Of a stretch of 64,000 nucleotides of DNA, positions 27,251 through 40,960 are shown piece after piece. This DNA is from Eledone cirrhosa (taxonomy: Eukaryota): contig OZ024741.1 of the NCBI GenBank assembly GCA_964016885.1, positions 197,160,001 to 197,224,000 on the forward strand. The letters are read 5' to 3'. Below the pieces are notes generated by a model. That model had not been told where the DNA came from and made no database searches. It saw only the letters and a list, made by a program, of their open reading frames with translations. Position 1 is the first letter of the stretch. Each line of letters starts with the position of its first letter. Both the position numbers and the translations under genes were made by a program.

Positions 27251-28577
27251 ACCAAATCTTTCACTATTAATTCACGTGTGTATTATGTTTCAAAACGCAA
27301 GCCACAAGTGGCTTATTACATCAGAAAAACTGACATTTCTCTGTATGAAAATAGAGAAAATGTGAAGATAATTAAACATATAGGACAGCAATAGGCCAAA
27401 GTCGATTTCTGGATAACAAGCAATCTAAACGTATTGATTTTCTTTTTTCCAGAATGTACTCATTGTTTTGTGTATATGTATAAATATTAGATAGATGGTA
27501 GTTGTCAGTAATTTATAATTTGGCGAATATGAATGAACTCTGTTAGAACCACGCTGCTATACATTGTATCCTGTAGCATGCACAAACGCATTAATTAAAC
27601 TTTCTAAAGTTTTTAACTCGTTACTGAAAACATATCGTCGGGTGATTTCAAATGATTATTAACCTAAGGGGGAAACTCGTCTAGTTTTAATATATACAAA
27701 TAATTATCAACCCAAGAAGAAAATCGTCTAGTTAATATATCACACAAGCCGAAAAGTAATACATACAAATTATTAAACCCTATTTATCGCACAAAATACA
27801 AGTAAGTTTTAATATCACCGACTAACTTATATAGAAGATAATATAAGTAAGATAAGCTTCTCTTGGCGACATTGCCAATAGGGAATATTGGAAAATAACT
27901 TAAATATCTGTGTAGAAAGATGGCATGAGATAGAAGCAAGTAAAGATATGATGGTGATTTTGGTCAAATAAACGTTGTCTTGTAATGAAGAGGACTAACT
28001 AAAACGATTAGAGACAGCAAAACAGAATGAATTCCTTTCATTACATTTCAGTTTAACTATCAATCTTTATATATATATATAAAAAAAAAAAAACACAAGT
28101 CACTCGGCATGCTGCTTCCATTATTACGGATGCAAGTATAGAATTACATACGAACATATTCATTATAGGGCGCCCAGTTACTTAAAACAAGGAAAGTAAA
28201 CTATATCTGGCGTGTGTGTGACAGGCATGTAACAGTGTCTTTCAATTAGAATGGGCATGTGTCAAGTTTCAGAAGTGTCGGCATTATAAACCATTCTCAA
28301 GACATGTCAAAATGTCTAAGAATTTTTGTAGTAAGGGGAGTACTAGACGGCATATAAAAATCTAGAATAATAGAAACAAAACAAAAATAAAAATACAATT
28401 TTAACCTATAGTTAGACATGTTAAATAAATGTTAAATAAATGCGAAGAAAACAAGCAACCGGACGTGCCTTGATATGGGTTTAAGGAAAAATAATATAGA
28501 TATTTTACGTAACAAAATCAAGAGAATGATGACTATAAAAATGTTTAGATTAATAAAAGAATGTTTTGTTTACATAC

Positions 28578-30114
28578 CAGCATCGCTTGCAGAAAAGCTT
28601 TCCTCCATGGTAGCTAAAATAAGAGAATTTGGTAAAGTAGGAATATCTTCATCCAGCAAAACTAAGAAAAACCGTGCTTAGTAATAAACTATGGTTAATA
28701 TAGTAAACTGTGGTGAATAAGTAAAGAAACCGTGTAGATAATAAAGCTAGTGTAAGCAGAATTCTTACAAGCGATTTGACCGGTTCTCTAAACTAAATCA
28801 ACTATCTTTTAAATTGCTGCTGCTGAAAGTGGTGCAGATAACAGTAGTAGACAACAGTTGTAATTACACCGAAAACCTCACACTGCTCTTACTTGAATGA
28901 TCCGGTTTACATTCTTTAAATCTAAACTGAAAGAAAAACAAAAAAAACGTTTTGTTTCTTGGAAGAGGAGGGGTGGGGGCTCTGTTCGACGGAAAATTGA
29001 ACAAAACCGATAATTAGATCGCAAAAGATTATGTATGTAGGAGGTGTACGGTACTAATAACTAGTGCAGAAATCTTATCTATTTAAATTGTTGCCCTAAC
29101 TTGTACGCGACTGATGAATAGGTTCTGAAGAAGAGAAAGTTACTTTTTTTGTAGATAAACATAAGTGTGTCGAAAAAAAAAAGCCTTTAAAAAAAATATT
29201 AAGACATACTAGTATATCTAAATTAAAGTTAAAAAACGGTAATTTTTTAGGTTGTCTTCGTTAACTTTTTTAAAACCAGAATTAGTCGTTTAGTTTACAT
29301 ATTGAGTTAACCCATCCTATTTATATCATAACGTATAGGATTTCTTGTAATGTATTTTTTTGTTGTATATTTTTTAATGTCTAAAAGAAAATTAATTGTT
29401 GCAGAAATGCTACCAGTTAGAATACAATTTCACCGGAGATAGATTAGCAAAATTTAAGAAGCGCGGGGGGAGGGGGGTATTCGAGACCCGGGAGTATGCA
29501 TCAGAAAAACAAAATCTTTTGATTCTAAATACTCAATTTGGGAGCCAGTGATCGCTTCTACCACTGAATTTAAAAAAAAAGAAACTTTAAAAAATTCTTT
29601 ACTCTTGGTTTTTGAATAGGCTTAAACTTATTTAGAAATTCAAGTAAAATTTAGGCTTAAACTTATTTAGAAATTTAAGTAAAATTTTCAGACGTGAAAC
29701 TGAATCGCAAACATAAACGATGAAACGAAATATTTCTATATATATATGCAGCTCCGCGAATACATACAATAATTAATTACATCTATATAACACAACAAAA
29801 TAAATCGAATACATTTGACAAAGAACTGAAACTAAAAAAATGGAATATTTCACTCGTTTATTTGAAGATAAACAATATTTTCCATAAATGTAATTCATCT
29901 CTCTCTCTCTTTCTCTCTCACACACTGTTTTTCTCTGTTTATATTTTCATAAAGACGTGAGAAAAACAAATTCGGCAGTGCTGCTGTTTCCACCACCATC
30001 GCTCTCTTTATCTCTCTATAGCATACGCACTCTTACCACCCTCTTCCACAGCGTGACAGACGTTTTACTCCACAGGTACAATTTAATATAATAGAAGATA
30101 GAATCCTTGAATAT
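28578..30114 (-). other. Three small spliceosomal exon candidates (5' exons of the minus-strand transcript)
   Basis: 30114-30037 (TACAG..GTAAGA), 28926-28893 (TTTTTCTTTCAG..GTAAGA) and 28613-28578 (TTATTTTAG..GTATGT; contains ACCATGG, MEESFSASDA). They join in one open frame. Confidence 0.5.
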
Positions 30115-30299
30115 CTGTATTTGTATATATATATAGAGAGAGAGATCCTTATGTGGTTGACAGCTGAGAGGAAGGAGTATTCATGACTGTAATAAACAGG
30201 CGAAAGTCCAGAGTAACAAGACTCACTTTTTAGCATTAATAATAATGAATATATATATATGTGTGTATGTATATATGCCATCATTACTATAATCGTAAT

Positions 30300-30616
30300 T
30301 CTTCTCATCGCTTGCATTCAACCCCCCACCCCCACACTTGCGAACGATTGCGTATCGGAAGACAGAAAATTTCTTTTCTTTTTTTTTCAACAACCGTGCC
30401 ACTGGGAGGTGACCGGTCAAAAATATACTTGGAAATAAAAGTTATACACGCACACACAGACACACACACATGTATTTCTACTGTACGATAAAAGAAATAT
30501 TCTCACTACTCAGATTTTCCCCAAATGTGTTCTGTGTAGCAACACATTGGCTCTTTAAGGCTAAATCGTATAGTTCTTCCTGGGTTACTTCGCCATCTTA
30601 GTTTTAATAGGTAAAT
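30300..30616. promoter_or_regulatory. Candidate, possibly bidirectional, promoter region
   Basis: Lies at the right edge of a CpG-retaining zone. YY1-type motif CGCCATCTT at 30591-30599, plus-strand donor AG|GTAAAT at 30611, and minus-strand donor candidates at about 30225 and 30505. Confidence 0.4.
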
Positions 30617-30814
30617 TACTTATACACAGCAAGTATGTTGCTATTATTTCACTTAGGTAGGAAACTTGTTTTACACACACATACACAAGGAGAGGAAGAG
30701 TTGTTTCCCTTTACTATATATCTTAAAGTAAAGAGACTGATCAAGAGTGACTGTGGTTAGCTGCCTATGAGTATGTGACAGAAGAGATATGTGGATTTAT
30801 TAACTAAACAATGT

Positions 30815-31205
30815 GTATGACACATACCCCTGCTAGTCTGCCCTGTAAGGGGGCCATGTTGGTGACACGACAAAAAGCACTTGGTCCACCCTATAAGGTG
30901 GTTGTGTTGGTAACATGATGAAAAGCACCTGATCCGCCCTATAAGGTGGTTGTGTTGGTGACATGATGAAAAGTACTCAGTCTAACCTATCAGTTGGATG
31001 CTTTGGTTCAACAATAAAAAGCACCCATTTCATGCTGTAAATGTGATTGGCATTAGGTAGGACATCCAGCTGTAAAAACCAAGCCAGAAACAGTTCTGTA
31101 TGAGCAAGAGCTGGTCTCCTGATCTGACTTGTTTCACAATGAGACAATTCGACTAACCCATGCTAGCATGGAAAATAGATGTTAAACAGTGATGGTAATG
31201 ATATA
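30815..31205 (+). mobile_element. SINE-like family B with four internal ~48-bp tandem units and RTE tail
   Basis: Units GTTGGTGACA(C/T)GA..AAAAGCAC....CC.CCCTATAAGGTGGTTGT at 30858-31050, then GGACATCCAGCTGTAAAAACC and AACCCATGCTAGCATGGAAAATAGATGTTAAAC, followed by (TA)n. Confidence 0.8.
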
Positions 31206-32963
31206 TATATACATCATTCTTCCTACATCATTCCATCCAACAATTACCCTACCTCATCATATTACCCCACCCCATGGAGTAGATGTTCTTCAGTTGAGTT
31301 AATGACCAACAGCATACCTAATGCTGCTGCACCATGTACAGTATGTAAAGTAATTGATGTTAGTAAGGGCTTCCAACTGTAGAAACCATACCAAAAAGGT
31401 TTTAAATGAGCCTTCCGTTATGACACAACAGCCTCTCTTGTGCTGGTTCTATGAAAAATGCTCATGGTGGTGACATGTAACCTGAAAGGTGGTTGGTGAT
31501 AGAAAGTGCATCCAGCTGTAGAAACTATGCTCAAACAGGGTTGAGTGGACTCGTGAGTTATGTAAAAGGCACAGCAACCTCACTAGTGTTGGTGACATGA
31601 GAGAGTGTACCTTGTCTTTCCTCTGGAAGAAATTGAATTTTAAGTGATTGCACAGGTTCAATCCCACTCTCTGAACATCGAGTGCATTTGCCCAAAAAGA
31701 AGAATTGGTCTACATCATTGGATGTAAAGAAAGTCGCAGATTTTATATCAGAGTGACCTTCTCCTAGAGAGACGTCTTAATGAAGACTGGGAGTATCTCG
31801 TTCCGAAAAAAAAACAAAAAAAAAACATACATACATGCATACATATATACATGTCATGATAATATTTATTATTCAATAAATGTAAGCAATTCAAGCACTA
31901 TGTTGCTGACAATGAAGATGTAAACCCCTTCTGCACTTATATATAGCAAAATCATTTCAGATCAACTGAAATCCCTCTGAATATCTATCTGCATAATGGT
32001 CACTAATTGTACTGGGAATGATTATTTTTAGGTAGAAGGTACACTTTCATTTTACCCTATGTTTTTATTCAAATATTGTAAGTTGAGTTTTTTTCATTTT
32101 TTATTCAGTTATTTCACACACATTTGTACAGACAGATAAAGTTTTCATTGAGAGACAAGATTTGTTGCCTGCTAAGTTAATAACAGCAATATTTCGTCCT
32201 TCCACCCCTCTCCACCTCCATAAGACTTTATGGAGTAGATGAGGACCCCAGATGCTGTAGAGAAGGCAGATCATCTGGGAGTGTCTCTGATACAGGGTAG
32301 AGAGGACCTTTAAGTCCCAATAGAAAACCTGTCTAGTGCTGGTGGTACAATGAAAGACACCCAGTCAATGCAGTAAAGTGGTTGGTGATAGGAAGAGCAT
32401 CCAACCAGAAAAAGTCTTCCCCAGAAAAAAACATGACAAGCACAACATAATGACAATATACCAAAAAGAAATATTAAGTTGATTTAATGTCCTTATCTAA
32501 CAAATGTTGACCAGTTACAATCTTCACTGTTATTGGTACACTACTTACTGAATACTTTCGACAGTGGGCTATAATTTGACTTTTTATTGGCATTGGGCTG
32601 GTTCATTGAAACTAGTTCATTAAAATATTTCACAGTATATGACTAGTACTCGAAAGGGAGGGGAAGAGAGGTAATGCTGATACTGAGAGATACAAACCTA
32701 GGAGGCAGAAAAACATAATTAACTAAATATTGTAATCATGGAAAAACTTTCTCTTTATATAATTTAGAATCTAGAATCTAGTTATACTGAAAACAAAAAC
32801 ATAAGGTTTTGATAGGTACAAAAGAAAAGTGGCAAAAAATCAAAGGGAAATATAATCTAAGCAGAACTCATAGAAACAAATTTCTTGGGATTGAGTACCC
32901 ACCAGCAAGTGACAGAGTAGGTCTTCAGTAGATCTGGCATAATGATAGCCATATTGTCATTAA

Positions 32964-33214
32964 CCCTTTTGTTACCATATATATTTGTGATAAAATATAC
33001 TATTTATGTGTTTCAATTAATTTGGGAAATAATTCAAAATTTTTAGTATTTTAATAATATAACTGAATTTTTCATTAGTAAACTGATGTTTAAAACATTA
33101 CTTAACAAAATAAAATTATGATAGAAGCTTCTAGTATAAGTATGAACATTTCAAAATGGACAGTTTTGTATCATAAAACCAGGGTCAGTTTCATCTAGGT
33201 TGGTATTAAAAGGG
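32964..33214. mobile_element. piggyBac-type MITE
   Basis: TTAA on both sides, with termini CCCTTTTGTTACCA / TGGTATTAAAAGGG. Degenerate relatives near 3100-3310, 11010-11200, 14830-15015, 22460-22660 and 23480-23685. Confidence 0.8.
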
Positions 33215-34189
33215 TTAAAGAAAGAGAAGGTTTCAATTTGAAATTCAAGGTATTAGAGAATGCACATTTTTAATGGCTGCCTCTACCATCTTGCATCTTT
33301 TAGGCTCAGTGCTGTAAAAACTGACTTCCTCATCTTTCACTCTCACTCTATTTCTACTGCAAGTAACCTTCCTTCACTATCAAATCAAGGCAGTTTCCCC
33401 TAAGCACACATCAAGTACCTCTGCATTACATGCACACACAATAATACTTATCTGTCCTAGGCACATTAGCCTAAGCCTTTAGTACTCAGCCATTTTTGTG
33501 ATTTCACTTGCATTTAAACTTCTGTATAAATAAACATTGGCGTGGTGAATTGGCAGAATCATTAAAATACATCGAATAGAATGCTTTACAGTATTCGTTT
33601 TGGCTCTCTGTGCTCCCTGAATTCAAATGCCACTGAGATCAACTTTACCTTTCATCCTTTTGAGGTCGAAAAAAGTACCAATAATGTACAGGGCCCAGTC
33701 TTACTTTTTATTTATTTCTCACTTCCTCTCTCTCTGCTTCTCTTGAAGAAATTGTCTGTGTTTAGATCTGGAGATGGGAGGGGCTCTACTAGGTTTTAAA
33801 GTGCACAAGACATGATGCATATGACTCCATCAAGAGTTACAGGTCCATACATACATAAATAAACATTACACATCTAATTGATGAATAGTATTTATTCCTC
33901 TCCAATTGCTGCAATTTATATCTTTACTGGCCACACATTTCTCTAGCATTACAGCATCAACTTTTACTTTATATAGTCTGAAGAGTAAACATAAAAATTT
34001 GAGTCAAAGTCATTCTATTTTCTCCCACCTATTTATAATTGAGAAGAAAAAATAGATATATTTAAACCTTTCATTTACTTATTTAAAAATTCTACTGCAG
34101 TCTCTTACTTTATCTGTAAGAAGTAATTTCAGAGCTTGATTATTGATTTTTGTTAGAATTGGCATAAATCCAGTTATATTTTGGAAAGA

Positions 34190-34636
34190 GGTATATTTGG
34201 CGGTACTCAGTAATAGAGAAGACCCGCCTTGCCTAAATACAAAGTAAAACTGACTACAGTCAGTAGGCATCTCTAACAAAATACGCCCCCGTCACACCAC
34301 CCCCACCCCATCCACACCGCCCCTTTCAATGTAAAGTTATGTTGGTGCCACAACATCCAGTCCGAAACAAATGAGATCGTGTAGGTGTCACGACAAAAAA
34401 AAAACACAGTCCACGCTGTAATGTGGCCGTGTAGGCAACACGGTAAAAACCTCCCAGCCCCACACTGTAAATGTGGTTGGTGTTAGGAAGGGCATCCAGC
34501 TGTAGAAAACCCGCCAGACAGTCCTATGCGAGCAAGACAACCACTCTTGCCTCAAGTGGGAAAATTCCCGTCCAAACCCATGCAAGCGTGGAACATGGAC
34601 GTTAAACGATGATGATGATGATGATGATGAGGATGA
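34190..34636 (+). mobile_element. 5'-truncated copy of the PHD-RTE 3' UTR
   Basis: Highly similar to 9715-10147. The (GAT)n tail runs into (TA)n. Confidence 0.92.
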
Positions 34637-35052
34637 TATATATATATATATATATATATAAAACCAAATGCTGAGAGTGGTGGAAAGTTTTTATGAACCC
34701 AAGTCGGTGATGCAATTTCCATTCTCAGTTGAGCCATTTATGTATATATATAATCCGTCTAACCCATGCTAGCGTGGAAAATGGACGTTAAACGAAGATG
34801 ATGATGATGATGAATCAAATGCTGAGAGTGGTGGAAAGTTTCTATGAAACCATGTCTGTGATGCAGTTTCCATTCTCAGTCGAGTCATTTTTGTTCCACA
34901 TATTCCTTATGTGCGATTTTGTCAACGTTAGATATTTTATTTTGTCCTGAGAGATTTGGGGGTACAGAGAAATCTGGTGGAGATTTGAACTCAGAAGAGG
35001 GAGAAAGCTAAACAGTGTGATGTATTTAATCTAAAATTATATTGTCTAGTAT

Positions 35053-35360
35053 GAAGGTGCATGGCTTAGTGGTTAGGGTGTTCATCTCATGATTGTAAGT
35101 TCATAAGTTTGATTCCTGGTAGCACATTGTGTCCTTGAGCAAGATACTTTGTTTCACATTGCTTCAATTCACTCATGAGTTTTACGTGTAAATCAAAGGG
35201 CCAGCTTTGTTAAAATACATTTTTACATTGAATCTCCATGAGAACTACTTTAAGGGTATGTAGGTCTATGGAATGCTAAGTCATTTGCATGTTAATTTCA
35301 CATGCAGGCTGTTCTGTGGATCAAATAACTGGAGCACTTGTTGTTGGAGCCAACGGAAGT
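35053..35360 (+). mobile_element. tRNA-derived SINE family C (CORE/V-like central motif)
   Basis: A box TGGCTTAGTGG, degenerate B box GTTTGATTCC and the motif TGTGTCCTTGAGCAAGATACTTT. Confidence 0.7.
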
Positions 35361-36244
35361 TCAACTTATAACTTCTAGTCCAACTAGAATATTTAAAAAA
35401 AAAAAGATTATTTTAAAATTAGATTGAACTAATTTTTGTTAGAGAAATATTTTTAAAAATCAGCATCAAACTAGTAAGAAGTGGCATTGTTATCAGTCGT
35501 TTTTCACTAGTAATCTTTAACAGATAATACAATATGAAATTTATTTACTACATGGCTGAGTAAGCCCATGGTAAATACTTAGTTATAATAGCTACCTTGA
35601 GTCGACCTTAATTTTTCAAATATGCACTGTGTTCTAGCATAAATATTCATTATTTAAGAGGGTGTTGTAGTTTGCTTGAAGCATTGTGGAATAGGAAAAT
35701 GAAAAGTGGGTTTGAAATGCCAAGGCAACAAGTCGGAAGGGAATTAAGAGAGGTGAGATAAAAAGTAAAAAGTGGTAGAAGGAGGAAAATAAAAGGACAA
35801 GAATGATTGATTGTTTCCTAAATAATTTATTAGTCTCAATATTTCAGATTTACCATCAATTTTCAAGCAGGATCTATAGGAAAAACCTCAGCGAAATCAG
35901 AGATTGTCTTTCCTGGTAACTGTTTATTTTGAAACATTGATAATGGATAGTATATCCGAAACATTGGGACCAATAAATTACTAATATAACAGTACATCCC
36001 CATACATGGAATCATGGTAGTAGTTATTCTCTAGTGAAGAGACAAAAATCTCTGAAATACAGGAATAAGTATAACCACTTACGTTTTTCCATGTATGGAG
36101 TAATAGTTGAAAAAGTTTATATTTCACAGCTACAGCTTCCTTTGAAAAAGGATAGTTATGTAAATTTACCTCAAATTTTTCCCTAATATTTCATATATAA
36201 TAAAAATAATAGTATTATCATTAATAATAATAATAATAATAATA

Positions 36245-36530
36245 ATGATTTCTACTATAGGCACAAGGCCAACATTTTTGGAGGAGGGGAAAGTCAATTA
36301 TATCGACCCCAGTGCATTACTGGTACTTTAATAATAATAATTGTTTCTACTTTTGGCACATGGCCAGCAATTACCCAGTACATTACTGGTACTTTATTTT
36401 ATCGACCCCGTAAGGATGAAAGGCAAAGTTAACCTCGGCGGGATTGGAACTCAGAATGGCAAGGGCTGTAACTCTTTGCGTCAAAGCATGGCGTCCGACC
36501 CTCTACCGATACTGCCAATCCACCACCCTT
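36245..36530 (-). mobile_element. Tandem SINE-A copies in an (AAT)n tract
   Basis: A full copy at about 36341-36530 plus a 3' fragment at 36245-36330. The same arrangement occurs at 57242-57485. Confidence 0.88.
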
Positions 36531-36549
36531 TAATCCACTTTAATAATAA

Positions 36550-37030
36550 TAAGTGATAAGAAACTCTCAGGAGAGCTGAACAGCAGGTCTTCAGAGAAGA
36601 AACCCCGCTCAAACGAGTATTTCAGCCTTTAACTCTTATATTCTAAGAGGGTTGAACCGCAACCAGGTCATGACTCCTGGGTATCCTTTTGGCTGATATT
36701 TAGCCATTTGGAAATCGGAGACTTGCTGTGTATTCAAATTGTATAGAGATTTTGTTGACAGGATCTAACTGGAACTACTTTCAAACTTATATTTTAACGC
36801 TTTCTTGAATTGGAAAAATAATGTTGTTAGTCATGGTAGTGGTAAGACATCAACATACTGTCGCCAACACTACAAACCATGACGGACTCAGAGTTACTTC
36901 ACTTAGCATGCATTAAAATACAAAAACAATTCCTCTCATGAGGTACTGAGGACGTTTTTGTTCCTCCTCAAGTAGATCCTGTTGGAACTCCTTTCCACAG
37001 CCTCTGATATTACCTTTAGGGTTTTGGTCC
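36550..37030 (-). mobile_element. Possible HERO-like (RLE) non-LTR 3' remnant
   Basis: Minus frame reads TLKVISEAVERSSNRIYLRRN, resembling the HERO-type C-terminal SEAAExxSxWxWLxR. The region ends in (TTA)n. Confidence 0.4.
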
Positions 37031-40000
37031 TTTTTATTAAACACAAAGGGTTTACAAAAAATACATTAAGGATAGCACAGAAGGGCACACTGCTGGTTTC
37101 TACATGTAAAAACAAACATAAAACAAAAATAAAGAATATAAGAAAAAATAGAATAAAAGAAAATTTCCCAATAGAAGGGAGACTTCTGAGGGTCACTCGT
37201 GGAGAAAGTCTATAAAAAGCTAGTCACCCTAACCGCTAGGGCAAGTACCCTCACCCATGTGTCTTCCTTCAATCTATAGACACACATTCAGAGGAGGCCC
37301 AGTCACCCAGGCAATTCTTGCCTCTTTAACCCACCTTTCAGCACTTCCCTCACCACACTGATCTTCCTCTTCAAGTGAAACCTGAAGAAGTTAATCAGGG
37401 CATCACCGAAGAGGAAAGTGCCTGTCTTCAGCCTTTTCAGACACATCAACCATATGACCTCTTTTGCCATGACCACCAGATAGACAAAAACAGCCTACCT
37501 TTCCTGGCTAAAGAAGGGTGGCAGGGCGATTTTCATGATGGACTATTTGATAGTCAAATCTGTCCTATACGTGACAGCAATTGTTCAACATAAACCCACA
37601 AGTCAGCTATGCTTGGACACTGGACAAATGCATGCACAATGGTTTTGTCACCCTGCATGCATCTGAAACAAGCCCAGTTGACAGCACTTCCATGTATGTA
37701 GAGTTTATCTTGAACTGGCAAGGCTCCCTAGTAGCACTGCCAGATCAGGGATTTCTGAAAGTTATCTATGAGCTCTGGATCGAAAGCCCTGTGGAAGAGA
37801 ATAGCTACTCTCAGGTCCCAAATAATAGGGGGTGGTGGTGGACATTTGCTTAAATTCTTATAAGTGGTGGTGGGAGATCGGTAATTGTATAGTGTACGTT
37901 CATAAATATGGGAATTCTTGTAATGTTCTTTTTTTGTCATATATAATGTTGTTTTTTTAATGTAAAATAAAATTATCATTAGATTCTCCAGTTTCTGTAT
38001 CAATATGAATCACTTACAAAAAGATTTTGCTGGAGACAGATGAGCAAAATTTAATAAGCGGTAGGAGGGGGCGGGGGTTAATGGGGGGGGGGTATTCAAG
38101 ACCTGAGAGTAGTTGATTTTTGTCGATGTCCAGAGTTTCCCCAAGAATTTCGTTGCTTTTACCCATCGCTAGCCCTCTATAGAACGCCAAGGTGGAGTTT
38201 CCACTGATTATAGTGCCTGATTGACTGAGGGCTGTGAGTGCTTGAAGACATTCTAGCTTCCAAGCACTCCCCCTCCATCTCTGTTTGACCCAGGGCTGCA
38301 GCTCCATCAAAGAGACGAGATGGAGAAAAACATGCCTAGCAAATGGCAACTACATATGCTCACCATTCAGGAAAAGCTGGAGATATCATAGCCTCAGCGC
38401 ATGTCTGCACATAATTAGCCATGGCATGCCCAGTCCTCCATACAGCGGGTGATGACAACAGATGGACTGCCTCACCTGTGGAACCTGTCCCTTCCACAAG
38501 AAGATGAAGAGTAGATGCTTCCATTTAGTGAGGTGTGGACTGGGGCAAGGTATGACAGTTAGGTGGTAGTAGATGATGGATGCGATGTATGCATTCACCA
38601 CCCAAACTTTCAGGGATACTTCCTCTTGGCCCATTTTTAGGCGAGAGTGGTGACCCTGCTCGTCACCTCATCCCAGTTTTTGTCTGTCTGGAGGTCCAGA
38701 CCAAACAAGACCCCCGAGCAATTTAAAGAGTCCGTCTGCCCACCGCTCGACAATGATGTCGGACGGCATGGACCTGCCTCTCCAGGAGCTGAACCACAGG
38801 CTCACCAACATTTGTTTTCTGGATAATCTTTGCTATTCCCTGGATGTGTTTGGCCCTCAACACCACTACAGTGACATCATTGGCATAAGCTGACATGGTT
38901 CTCCCGCATTCTAGTTCATGCGGGATGCCCCTCAAAATCTCCAGTTTGTGCAGTAATGGGTCTAGAATCAATACATACAACAGGGACGAGAGAGGACAAC
39001 CTTGGCAAACTGAGTGCCACCAGGTATTGATGGTTGACCCTATCAAATGCTTTCGATTAATCTAAATTGATCCGGGTTCCACACGTGCCAGGTTCCTTAG
39101 CTGCCCTCTCCATGATGTATCATATGAGGGGGAGGTTGTTGTAGATGGATCTGTCTGGAATGGCATATGTCTGCGCCTCTCCCACAAAACTCTCAACAAC
39201 TAGCACCAACCTCGTCGCTAACACCTTGGCCAAAATTTTGAACTCTGCATATAGTAGAGTTATCCATGTAGTTCTACCACTCTTCGCCTCACAGAACTGG
39301 GAATTCTCCTATTATACTGATAGTTGCAGTAGACATCTGCCGAAAGGTCGACAAACGAGTCTGGCATGTAAACGTAAGCTCTTAGGGCAGCCCATACAAA
39401 CCAGGCGATTTACCTCTTGTGCGACTAGTCATTGCATCTCATATTTCAACAGCTGTTATCGTCCTTTTACAGCACTCTGCCTCCGTCATCAAGAGCTGCG
39501 ACAGTCCATCGAGGTAGTGACAGAAGTTCATCCCCTGACCCGGTCTGCCACTGCTTCCAAACAGTTGAGCCAAGTGCTGCTGAAAAGCCACACACATCTG
39601 TTTGAAATCAAGTAACATGCACCTATGGTGGGGCACCAAAGACTGGATTGTGGATTTGTTGCCACACTGCATCTCTACCACTCAGGCCCATTGAATAGCT
39701 TTTGCCCCTTCGTGACTAAGAACATGTGTCCTAGCTCAGACAATGCAGCCTTCATGCTTAGCATTCAAGAACTGGTCAAATCTCACCACAAGCATGCTAG
39801 TTGCTATGCTTTTACTAAGCGCCTCTTCTAACTTTCTAACTAGTTCTCCCTCAACTCTATCCCTGCAGCCTTACTGAACCTAATGTATTCTATTCTTATC
39901 ATCCATTCGTTGTTGATAACTACCCCCATCAACGCCTGCTAAACTAATTGACTAATCTGGTCTCTGTAGACTTTGCATGTTGGGAGCAACGTGTTCAGTT

Positions 40001-40960
40001 TCCAGTAGCTGGGTTCCTGTCTATGATACCTATCTAGATCGACCACACAGATCATAAATTTGTGGTCTGTATAGTTGACTAGCTTGAATTGTGGACAACC
40101 GATGCTAGATTTATCTATTTCCTTACAAAATACCCTATCTGGATGACCCGATGCGGTTTGTCCATATACACATTGGCACATTCAGGAAATCCAGTCAGTG
40201 CCTGTCAGGCAGTTGAAAGCATCTGAGTAGATTTGCATGACCTTCATTGCTGATGAAGTCCAGCATCACCAACTTACCTTCTGGGTCCAAGAAACTGGCC
40301 TGTCGCGTGATCCAAACCTCTCCAAATCAACACAGCTACTTCACCTCCAGATCTTAGAAGGCTTGTAGCTGCTGAAAATGGGTGCGGAGGCTAATGCCTC
40401 GGAGATTCTGGTTTCACTGATAGCCACTACGTCTATATTCAGTGACCTAAGGTCGTTGAGGTCTGCTTCCAAGGCGATCCAAGTCATGTGCATTTATACT
40501 GCCTATTCTTAGAGAGGCCATGTTGAATGGAGGAGGAAACAAGTGAGAATTTACTCCTGGCTTTCTGGTGGAGGGACAGTTGCTTCATCTGTCTGGCTAG
40601 TTGTGGTTTTCTCCACAAGGATATCTCTGTATCTTCTTCTGGAGAGGGTTTCTCAGAAAACTCAAATTGAATCAGGGGATTTTCTTTTGAAAAGCGTGTA
40701 TGTTTTTTGGTTTATTTCTGTTATTTTTCTGTGGCATTGAAGTTTTGTCTTTTTTTGTTTGTTTGATTCGCCCTTTTTTTGAGGGCGAAGGAGGGGGGGG
40801 GTCCTGTTTTTTTTCCACCCCTCATCCTCATCACAATTTGTGTCCTATTGTGTGACATCAGACAGAAGTACGTCTTCCACAGGCATTGGTGTTGCAGTTG
40901 GTGGTGGATTTTGGATAAACAAGTTCTACAACCTACATGAAAGGATAGCAGATGGGGTGG
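37030..40960 (-). mobile_element. Degraded Tx1/L1-clade LINE
   Basis: ORF2-like start MASLRIGSINA at 40521, APE end YTDHK..YWKLN, RT motifs QGCPLSSLLY and AYAND, GGLGMP motif, and AATAAA near 37035. Confidence 0.88.
37808..38109. mobile_element. TA-flanked MITE inserted in the Tx1 element
   Basis: TA-CTCTCAGGTCCCAAATA ... TATTCAAGACCTGAGAG-TA. A homologous right end occurs at about 29400-29496. Confidence 0.8.

Noticed and set aside
30858-31050. ~48-bp units as a repeat-spacer array
   Set aside because: Whole units are homologous and are internal tandem repeats of the SINE-B body.
36555-36640. Possible ribozyme near the (AAT)n tract
   Set aside because: CTGAAGA is present on the minus strand but has no correctly placed GAAA or stems.
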